Of a stretch of 19,512 nt of DNA, positions 9,526-18,867 are shown piece after piece (within the stretch, counting starts at the first letter, position 1; the number at the start of each line of letters is the position of its first letter). The position numbers were made by a program, and so were the translations under genes. The notes below the pieces were generated by a model, which made no database searches, was not told where the DNA came from, and saw nothing but the letters and a program-made list of their open reading frames with translations. Source of the stretch: Octopus sinensis (lineage: Eukaryota); assembly GCF_006345805.1 (NCBI RefSeq), contig NW_021824244.1, forward strand, positions 1-19,512, read 5' to 3'.

Positions 9526-9603
9526 TATACACGTGGTTTGAAAAAGTCTGTCTATAAGCGGAATAGTAAAAATATGTAAGACTTTTCTAAACTTCCAAGT
9601 ATA
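9526..9603. mobile_element. Putative 78-bp Tc1/mariner-type mini-MITE
   Basis: TATACACGTGGTTTGAAAAAGTCT (9526-9549) vs AGACTTTTCTAAACTTCCAAGTATA (9579-9603): imperfect TIRs bounded by TA at both ends. Confidence 0.45.
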
Positions 9604-9779
9604 ACTCCGTGATGTTTTTGTCATTTAAATTCCAGCGATGGGAACTTTATCTTTTCTTTTTCTCTTTCTATTTTTCTTTTAGCTTAGAACACCACCCCCA
9701 CCATCACTTCATTCTTTATTTTGAAGAATTCGGAGAAATAAGAAAGTGACACTAAGTTTACACACACACACACACACCA

Positions 9780-9827
<48 letters not shown>

Positions 9828-9848
9828 CCACACACACACACATCCACC

Positions 9849-9882
<34 letters not shown>

Positions 9883-10619
9883 CAAACACACACACAAAAA
9901 ACACATATATATATATCGATATATATATATATATAATATATATATATATATAACACACACACAAATATGCATATATACAGAAAAAGAAATATATATGCAC
10001 ACTTCACGAACATATACGAGCACATGCAGAGAAACGCACACACACATACACACACAAACATATACATGCACAAACATTACAAACAAAGAAACACAGACAC
10101 ACACAACACGCACGCCGCATACCCTTAGACTTACATAAAATGTCTGATTCAACTAGGTATTGATTGGAAAAAAACCCTTATTGGCTGATGCTAGATAAAA
10201 TAATAGCAACAATAACAGTAACAACAATAATAATATCATTAAGCAAAACAAGAAAAAGAAAAAAACAAAAACCGATTACTCCGAGAAAAACCCTAGGATT
10301 AACAAAAGCTATACAAGCGACATCAGTTACCAATTCCAACCTGATGCCACATGCATTCCAGACATGTGACTGCGGCGCGGTGAACGGTAAGGGTGGTGGT
10401 GGTGGTGTGGTAGTGAAAGGGGAGAAGAAGGGAGACGAGGTGGGGGGTGAGGGTAGGGATGGGTGAGTTGGGGGGGGTCGGAGTGGGAGCGGGGGAGGGG
10501 AGGGAGGATAGGGGGGTGATGACTGCGAATGAAGAGAATGTGAATGAGTAAGCAACAGCAGTATATATATAGTAAAACAGTTGCGACATATGCAAAGCAA
10601 GAAGAATATTGCAAAACAT

Positions 10620-10750
10620 CAAAAGAAGCAGAAGCAACAACAACAACAACAACAACAAAAATAGATTCAACAACAACAACTACAAAGGCAACGGCAGCAA
10701 CAGCGGTAGCAGCAACAGCAGCAACAACAACAACAACAAAAACAGCGAAG
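10620..10750. repeat. (AAC/AGC)n trinucleotide tract
   Basis: Directly visible. Confidence 0.9.
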
Positions 10751-11018
10751 TAATGAGGAAGCCTTTAAATGTATTCGCACGCAATTTGGTGGAGGTTTAA
10801 CTGACTGCTAGACATAGAAACCCAAATCTCCATCAAATTACGCCCCCACTGCTGACTTGCATAATAAACACGAGTAATGTTATTTTAGACGTTTCTTCAC
10901 TAAATGAATAAATAAAAATAAAATAGATGCATAAATAAAAGGCGGGATAGTTATGGATGGAATGTCTTTGATTCTACGTCTGCTCATCCAGAACCGACCT
11001 GTGTATATGGTTAAACAA

Positions 11019-11160
11019 CATCATCATCACCACCATCAACATCACCACCACCACCACCACCATCACCACCACCACCATCATCACCTCGTTGTCGTCGTCA
11101 TCACCACCACCACCACCACCACCACCACCACCACCACCATCATTAACAACAACAACTCTA
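11019..11160. repeat. (CAC/CAT)n trinucleotide tract
   Basis: Directly visible. Confidence 0.9.
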
Positions 11161-11414
11161 ACAAATTGCTGCAGAATGCTTATATTCCAACTTCACTGGT
11201 TCAGTACTTAATTGATAAAATGTTTTATTGATCTACAATTAAATAAAAAATAATAAAAATATGAATAAAAATACGAAGCCTTTGAACTTAGCTAACGGTA
11301 TTCGTTGCTATTAACTAAAATACCTTTGGCTGTATTATCTGACAGCTTACCTACCACCTCCATCTCAAGAACAACACCGAATTCTCACAGACAAAAAAAG
11401 ACACAAATTTTCCA

Positions 11415-11575
11415 GGATAAAGTACTTGGCTGCTACTTCATTTTATCGATTCCCTAAAGATGTAAGACAGAGTTTACCTCAAGTAAGATTGAACTCAACG
11501 AAATATCACAATGACCTTATTAAAAGCCACAAAGTACTTTGTTCGTTATGCTACCGAGTCTTCCTACCCACCGCC
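11415..11575 (-). mobile_element. Old degenerate SINE-A-related element
   Basis: TACTTCATTTTATCGATTCCC.AAAGATG..GATTGAACTCA..ACCGCC colinear with SINE-A. Confidence 0.55.
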
Positions 11576-11848
11576 TTTTTATCAGCAATACTAATACAAA
11601 AAAGGACTGCTGACGGAGTTGCTGGACTACTTTAAAGGTGATGGCATGATCAATAATATTGATTGCAGTAGATGATTGGTACTTTATTTTATCGATCTCA
11701 GGATTTTTATTGTGGAGCGTTTGAGCAGACGCTCTACCCATTCTGAGACACACACACTCTCTTTCTCTATCACTCCCTCTCCCTCTACTTATTTCTCTCT
11801 AACTCTCACTATCTCTCCATCTCTCTGTCACTGTATATGTATATGAAT

Positions 11849-11967
11849 ATGTGTTCTCGCCTGAAGATCGTAGTAGCGTGAAACTCGAACCACGAAATAG
11901 ACTGTCAGTTTCATATTCAATAAGAAACCAAACCCCATTGCGCACTCCTCTCTCATTTCTCTGACAT

Positions 11968-12031
<64 letters not shown>
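11849..12031 (+). repeat. Left arm of near-perfect inverted repeat: 122-bp unique core (11849-11970) plus (CA)n
   Basis: Reverse complement of 13586-13731; I see one mismatch in the core (CCCC vs CCTC). Confidence 0.92.
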
Positions 12032-12034
<3 letters not shown>

Positions 12035-12035
<1 letters not shown>

Positions 12036-12170
12036 CGAGGTTAATTTTGCCTTTCATCATTTTGGGGTCGATAAAATAAGTAACATCAAGTATTGGGGTC
12101 GATGTAATCGACTGATCCCCTCCCACCAAATTTCAGGCCCTGTGCCCGAAGGATTATTTATAGCTTTGCT
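12035..12170 (+). mobile_element. SINE-A-related 3' half (different tail subfamily)
   Basis: GCCGAGGTTAATTTTGCCTTTCATC..GGGGTCGATAAAATAAGTA..GGGGTCGATGTAATCGACT core. Confidence 0.8.
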
Positions 12171-12320
12171 ACTTCGAGTTTCAATGTTCCGAAAAGGAAT
12201 TATTTCACGTTCACGTTCATCTAAATTCTTATGACTGGCAACAATATGTATATATACATACATACATGCATACATACATACAACATACATACATACATAC
12301 ATACATACACATGCACGCAC

Positions 12321-12352
<32 letters not shown>

Positions 12353-12358
12353 CACACA

Positions 12359-12392
<34 letters not shown>

Positions 12393-12762
12393 TATTATAT
12401 ATTATATATATAAAGAAATGAATAATAACAGACGATGGCTAAACTGTCAGCTCATAACAGCTGTTTCTTACGTATTTTTTAAATAGAAGAATAGGAACAT
12501 TACTCTATTACAAAAAAAACGTAATCACCAGATGAAAGGTAGTTTTACAAACAAAAGAATATCCCAAGAATACAGCAGGGACGTGGCCGAAGTCTGTCGT
12601 GGCTAATCATATCGGACACCCTGTACCAACAACGTACAATTCAACGTAACGAGTGCCTTGGACTAGCCCCTAAGCGCTAAATACTCGTAGGGTTTGTTTT
12701 CTCTGTGTACATAACCGGAATATCCTATTTGATACTTACCAACCATAGGCCGGAACCACAGG

Positions 12763-12880
12763 TTTATCCAAACCTACCTGGTGCCTGTCTTTTCAAGTAG
12801 TTGATTCTATCTGAAGCCTTATTTATCCAACCTTACCTGGTGCATATCTTTTCAAGTAGCTGATTCTCTCTGAAGCCTTA
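12763..12880. repeat. 59-bp tandem duplication (12763-12821 / 12822-12880)
   Basis: TTTATCCAA..ACCTGGTGC..TCTTTTCAAGTAG.TGATTCT.TCTGAAGCCTTA occurs twice with a few substitutions. Confidence 0.9.
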
Positions 12881-13585
12881 TTTTACTATATATATATATA
12901 TAATATATATATATATATATTATATATATATATATATATATAGTTGTATATTCAGAAGTGTATAGTATTGTACATCCATTACGGCCGAACTTATGAATCG
13001 GTTTTGCGCTAGGGATTCAGCAATTCAACACAGATATACGAGTGCCTTTTTTTCCTGACTGATAAACTCTTAGACGACTTACACACACACACACACACAC
13101 ATCGTCATCTGTGAATCATTCTAAATGTATATACTTCAGGGAAATGTATGATGCTGTGGCTTCTATTTTTAAAGACAATCTCTTCATAAAACTGCAATAT
13201 ATGTCGTCGAAGTGAGGGAAACATCACTGCAGCGGTGGCTCGTGAGAACGACAAACGCTCTTTACCCATCGTTGGACTTGTCAATGCTGTGCACCCTTTT
13301 GTTACCTTCCAGCACAAAATTCATGCATCGGTATATAGGAAATAGAGAAAAAAAAATACATTCACTGATATTGCAGAGAGCCTGCCGGGCTGCAAAAATC
13401 CCCGCCAAAAACTTTGTGAATACAGTCTAAACAGCATATCAAAATCGCCTCCATGTGTATCATACTATTTATATATTACATAGTGGATATACATAATTGT
13501 ATTTATACATTTACTTACACATACACGCGCTCGCATGTGTGTATGTTTCTCTTTCTCTCCTCTCTGTTTTTCTTGACTACTTTAG

Positions 13586-13731
13586 TGTGTGTGTGTGTGT
13601 GTGTGTGTGTTTATGTCAGAGAAATGAGAGAGGAGTGCGCAATGAGGTTTGGTTTCTTATTGAATATGAAACTGACAGTCTATTTCGTGGTTCGAGTTTC
13701 ACGCTACTACGATCTTCAGGCGAGAACACAT
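13586..13731 (-). repeat. Right arm of near-perfect inverted repeat: (TG)n plus 122-bp core
   Basis: Reverse complement of 11849-11995. Confidence 0.92.
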
Positions 13732-13810
13732 CCCTCCCCCTCACTATCTCCTTCCCTCGCGGTCTCTTTCTCTCTCTCTCTCTCTCTCTGCATATCTATC
13801 AAAGACATGC

Positions 13811-14485
13811 ATTATCAAGAGGAAGCTGATCACGTTCCTAGAAGATAATGGCATACTCCCTGACACCTTGAATGGTTTCCGCTTAGGAAGAAGCTACCTT
13901 AAACAACCTCAGCAGCATTATGACTGGGTGTTGAAACAATTAATGAATCGCTCATACGAGGATATGACGTATCTCGATTTTTTAAATGCTGTGATAAGGT
14001 TGATCATGGGAATGATATGTCTCAGGCTATGGAACTAGAACTTCTCTCCTTGGAGGACAACGGGAGAGATATGTAGTAGTATGCGCCTGGAAGATCCTGG
14101 AGGAGCTGACACCGAGAGCTATACCGGACCCCGAACTCGACATCACAGCACTGTTCCAAAGGTCCCAGCCATCCCCTCTAGAAGTGAGGACCATGTACTG
14201 CAATAGCTTGGGCTTCAAGGAACAACGGCTATTTAATATTTTGCAAAAACATCTGAGAGATATACATGGAGTAGGGGTAGATGTTTCCAAGGAACAATTT
14301 GACCTCCTATTCTCCAAGATCCCAGATGAATCAATACCAAGGTAGAAAACTAAAAACAGGGCAGGTGTGTCGAATTCCATCCCTCACAAAAAGCCAATCA
14401 CAGAAGAATGGCCATTGAAAAGATGCTAACACTGGCAGTGCCCCAGAATGGTCACAGATTTTGGGGCTGAAATGCATAAAAGAAT

Positions 14486-14486
<1 letters not shown>
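13811..14486 (+). mobile_element. CR1-clade LINE relic: N-terminal RT segment fused to the ORF2 C-terminus and 3' UTR (dead, internally deleted)
   Basis: 13814-14010 translates IKRKLITFLEDNGILPDTLNGFRLGRSYLKQ..YDWVL..DMTYLDFLNA/(frameshift)DKVDHG, matching RT motifs QHGFR.GRSC and YLDF.KAFDKVDH; ~14030-14343 gives ELLSLE/RERY..AWKILE..YCNSLGF..LFNIL.K.LRD.HGV..DLL.SKIPDE, the CR1-type ORF2 end. Confidence 0.85.
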
Positions 14487-14547
<61 letters not shown>

Positions 14548-15113
14548 GCATACACACATATTTGTTCAGTGCAAAAGAGACCTTAAATTGCGCAGCAAAT
14601 AATCAATATTTCGAACTCCATGTATTGTCATCGTATCCTTAGTTATAAAACCCGAGTTTTGAGTGTTTCTCTTAATATATGTGAACGACAAAATGAAACA
14701 TGAAATATTCATTATCAAAATTTAAATACTTTAAATGAACTCTCGCAAAACATTAACCCAATCATTAAAAGCAAACACACATACGCTGTAACCACCATGC
14801 ATACAATCTTTATTCTATCGAAGGCAGAATAATTTCTGTTTTTATGACATGATATTTAATTCATTCTGCATCTGTAGTCACAACACGCTGGGCTTAACAT
14901 TGTCACGCGCTAGTGTAGAGATTAAACTTGAAAGGTGGCAGAAATTGCGCTTACTTAATAACAAAATGGTAGCCATTTATCTAATTATATCCTAATTTCT
15001 ATGCATTAATTATTAAATTATCATTTTTATAATCAATTTTACATTCAATGATTAACAGTTACGCTTTACTTTGGGTAAGCACTGTTACCTTTCCTCCATA
15101 CACATTCTGTATG

Positions 15114-15161
<48 letters not shown>

Positions 15162-15404
15162 TTGAGTGTGTTTTTGAGTGTGCGCGCGCCTGTGTATTCA
15201 CACACGACCCAGCCTTCATCGCCTATATATAAAACTAACTGCCTATAAAATTCCTTTCTCGTAAACCTCCAGATTTAGGGGCCCATATCACAACAGGCTG
15301 TATTGATTGTTATAATGGAAAAAGGAAAAGGGGAATAAGAAATTCCGTCTTTTATTGTCACGTTTCTTTACTTCATACCCACCTCTTACCCCCATCTCCC
15401 TCTC

Positions 15405-15439
<35 letters not shown>

Positions 15440-15534
15440 CACCATCATTATTACCAACCATCATCACCAACAACAATAACAACAACTCCGCCAACACCAT
15501 CACCGCTACCGCTAGACCACCCCACAAGGTAACC

Positions 15535-15762
15535 TATTTCTTTATTACCCACAAGGGGCTAAACACAGAGGGGACAAACAAGGACAGACAAACGGATTAA
15601 GTCGATTATATCGACCCCAGTGCGTAACTGGTACTTAATTTATCGACCCCGAAAGGATGAAAGGCAAAGTCGACCTCGGCGGAATTTGAACTCAGAATGT
15701 AACGGCAGACGAAATACGGCTACGCATTTCGCCCGGCGTGCTAACGTTTCTGCCAGCTCGCC
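15535..15762 (-). mobile_element. SINE-A, full length, with 14-bp target-site duplication
   Basis: Near-identical to 3625-3854; CCCACAAGGTAACC at 15521-15534 and 15761-15774. Confidence 0.92.
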
Positions 15763-15775
15763 CACAAGGTAACCG

Positions 15776-16440
15776 TTGATCTATCTACCCAGCCCTCCAT
15801 CCAAGCACCCATTTATCCACCCATCTATCCACTCTTCGAACTATCCATTCAGTCATCTACCTATCCATCCGTCCATCCATCCATCCATCAATTCACCAGT
15901 CCATCCATCCATCCATCCACCCGTCCATTCATCGTTCCATCCATCCATCCACCCGTCCATTCATTCTTCCATCCATCCACCCGTCCATTCATCCACTCAT
16001 CCATCAATCTATCCATCTATCCATCCATTCAACTACCCAACCATCCGTCCATTCATCCACCCATCCATCCGTCCATTCATCCACCCATCCATCCATCCAT
16101 CCATCCATCATCCATCCATCCATCCATCCATCCACCTATCCATCCATCATCCATCCATCCATCCATCCATCCATCCATCCACCCATCTATCCACCCATCC
16201 ACCCATCCATCCATCCATCCATCCACCTATCCACCCACCCACCCATCTATGCATCCACCTATCCATCCATCCACCCATCTATTCATCCACCCATCCACCC
16301 ATCCACTCATCTATGCATCCACCACCCATCCATCTTTATCCAGCCATCCAGCTACCAACCAACCAGCCAGCCAGCCAGTCAGCTAGCTAGTCACAGCCAG
16401 CCAGCCAGCCAACCAGCCAACCAGCCAGCAAGCCATGATC
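15776..16440. repeat. Long (CCAT)n tetranucleotide tract grading into (CCAG)n/(CCAA)n
   Basis: Directly visible. Confidence 0.92.
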
Positions 16441-17366
16441 CATTCATTCATGATCCATCCAATCCATATTTAAAACTACGTCAATCACTTCAACACGTGC
16501 GAAGGAATCCAGAACTGGTGTCGCTTCCGAGGCATCCCTACCCCCATTTCCACGCATAAGCACACGCAGCGCGAATAAAATGCCTAGAACATTCAACAAA
16601 TGTCTGTCTGTCTGTCTGTATGTATGTATGTATGTGTGCCTGTCTGTCAGTAGGTGTGTCCAACTGTCTGTCTGTCTATCTGTTCGACTGTCAGTCTATC
16701 TGTTTGTCTGTCTTTAATATTTGTTAACTTTTTTTCTGTTAATTGTCTGAAAGTATAAATAAAGTTCGTCGTCAGACACAAAAACATATTTGCCTGACAT
16801 CTTCGCGCACACGCGTGCACACTCAGAGAGACGGGGGAGGGAGGAAGAAGGGGAGACAGGCAGGCAGACAGACAGAGGGAGAGAGAAACAAAGAGAGAGT
16901 GAAGGAGGGAGAAAGTAAGAGAAGAGAAAAGGAGGGAGAGAAGAGAGAGGCAGACAGATAGACAGACAGGCAGTGAGAGAGTGAGTGAGAGAGAGAGAGA
17001 GAGGGGGGGAGAGTCTGAAAGAGAGAGAGAGACACATACACACACAATCACGCTCGAACACACACACACACACACACACAGAAACACTCGCACAAACACA
17101 CGCACAAACACACACATATACACACACACCAGAATAATCACACGCACAAACACGCATTCATACACACACAGAGACAAATACACATACACATGCACACGCA
17201 CTCACTCACACACACACACACACACACAACACACACACACACACAAAACCAACCTGGGAATCTCTACACAGCCCTGCTAAAAGTAACATCCAAATTCTTA
17301 TTAACGTCTAAAAACAGGGAAAGTGTTTGCTAATGTCGACCTACTCGACTGGCCCCCTCCCCCATA

Positions 17367-17779
17367 GGCGTAGGAGTGGGTGTGTGGTAAGTAGCTTGCT
17401 TATCAACCACATGCTTCCGAGTTCAGTTCCAGTGCGTGGCACCTTGGGCAAGTGTTTTCTACTAGAGCCTCGGGACGACCAAAGCCTTGTGAGTGAATTT
17501 GGTAGACGGAAACTGAAAGAAGCCCTTCGCATATATGTATGTATATATATATATATATATATATACTCTTTTACTCTTTTACTTGTTCAGTCATTTGACT
17601 GCGGCCATGCTGGAGCACCGCCTTTAATCGAGCAACTCGACCCGGGACTTATTTTTTGTAAGCCAGTACTTATTCTATCGGTCTCTTTTGCCAAACCGCT
17701 AAGTAACGGGGACATAAACACACCAGAATCGGTTGTCAAGCAATGCTAGGGGGACAAACACAGACACACAACACACACA

Positions 17780-17837
<58 letters not shown>

Positions 17838-18020
17838 TTGTGTCTATGTTTGTCCCCACTTCATCACCGTGACAACCGATGTTGGTGCGTTTACGTCCCG
17901 TAAGTACTAGGCTTACAAAGAATACGTCCTGGGGTCCATTTGTTCGACTAAAGGCGGCACTCCAGCATGGCTGTAGTCAAATGACTGAAACAAGTAAAAG
18001 AACAAAAGAAAGAATAAAAG
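17367..18020 (+). mobile_element. SINE-B outer copy (head 17367-17530, 3' half 17834-18020), interrupted in its TA tract
   Basis: Head and tail colinear with 4746-5129; the 3' half lacks ~40 bp present in other copies. Confidence 0.85.
17566..17782 (-). mobile_element. SINE-B 3' half (5'-truncated) inserted antisense inside the outer SINE-B
   Basis: Reverse complement of 4920-5125, including the CTCTTTTACTCTTTTACTTG tail. Confidence 0.88.
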
Positions 18021-18021
18021 A

Positions 18022-18157
18022 ATTTCTAATGATATTTAATTATAAAAATATAACAGGATTTAAAAAAAAAAATCATTGAATAGTTATGAGGGTTCACCCG
18101 AGTAAAATATGGGATCAAAGGGGACCTATAGGTGAAATATGGTTGAGAACCAGAACT
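18022..18157 (-). mobile_element. hAT-like MITE terminal fragment
   Basis: Minus strand begins ..TGGTTCTCAACCATATTT..GGTCCCCTTTG, resembling the CAGTGGTTCTCAAC-type hAT terminus; left extent uncertain, other end not found. Confidence 0.45.
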
Positions 18158-18169
18158 CATAGGGGCTCA

Positions 18170-18270
18170 TTGCTACCACCACCGAGACCGGCACCCGCTG
18201 TCGGCTTCACCCGGGCTCGAGCCCACGGGTTCCATGCACGCCGTGGTGCCCTCCTACTCGACCGGGCATC
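18170..18270 (-). pseudogene. Orphan 28S (LSU) rRNA fragment
   Basis: Minus strand CGAGTAGGAGGGC..GCCCGGGTGAAGCCG..GGTGCCGGTCTCGGTGGTGGTAGCAA is colinear with the conserved eukaryotic LSU segment CGAGTAGGAGGGC..GCCCGGGTGGAGCCG..GGTGCAGATCTTGGTGGTAGTAGCAA (recalled, not searched); flanks are not rRNA. Confidence 0.8.
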
Positions 18271-18545
18271 GGAATGTCGCCTCGCCGGGACAATAGAAAA
18301 CTTCATTAAGAAGTTTAAAAGGAAGGGCCGAAGGGAGGGGATTCTGTCCTGCACAGAAGACTCTGACTGGCCTTCGCAGGTGGCTGCGGAGGTCATATGG
18401 GAAACGGATCTGTGCAGGATAATGAACTCCTTCCCAGCGGACACTTTTAATTTTGTATTCAAGCAGACCGACCTGACACCATCCAAGTGTTTAGCTGGTT
18501 TAGCTGGTTAGTCTGGTCGGGCAGGAAGATTTGTAATTAATTAAA

Positions 18546-18704
18546 GTAAGAGGCTTGGTGCCTCAGCTGTATTGTTTTATTGATTTTATAATTGACTTGT
18601 GTAAGAGGTTTACTGCCTCACAATGGCTTTCTTGTTGTAAATGTAAGAGGTTTATTGCCTCATTGATGTTTTACTTTGAACTGTGTAAGAGGATTGTTGC
18701 CTCA
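18546..18704. repeat. Four copies of GTAAGAGG-NTTNNT-GCCTCA (periods 55, 42, 42 bp)
   Basis: Copies at 18546-18565, 18601-18620, 18643-18662 and 18685-18704. Confidence 0.9.
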
Positions 18705-18867
18705 AATATGGTACTTATAAAGAACAATGTGTTCGGGTAAACAGCAATCGGCGGGCGTTGTTGTTGCCCTTATTACTATCATATCGTCTATCATTTCATC
18801 TCATTATGTCCTTGTCCAGCCTGCTGCTTCCTTTCTTTGTAAAGCCTTTATGGCCAATTTAATGAAT

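Noticed and set aside
12732-12745. U1 snRNA 5' end (ATACTTACC)
   Set aside because: The match stops after 9 nt; the rest of U1 is absent
11799-13848. Duplicated peptide LCQRNERGVRN..FLIEYETDSLFRGSSFTLLRSSGENT as paralogous genes
   Set aside because: Simply the two arms of the DNA inverted repeat, read through TG microsatellites
14027-14380. 117-aa minus-strand ORF
   Set aside because: Antisense of the CR1 ORF2 C-terminus
15221-15250. Twin TATA boxes as a promoter
   Set aside because: AT-rich genome; probably a 20-bp micro-duplication, with no Inr or downstream gene evidence
15776-16390. 204-aa HPSI-repeat ORF
   Set aside because: Translation of (CCAT)n
18086-18511. 141-aa ORF as a single gene
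   Set aside because: It crosses a MITE end and an antisense 28S fragment, so it is chimeric; only the last third is kept as a weak hypothesis
18546-18704. True CRISPR array
   Set aside because: Eukaryotic context, 20-bp repeats with variable centres, mutually related spacers, and no cas genes or leader
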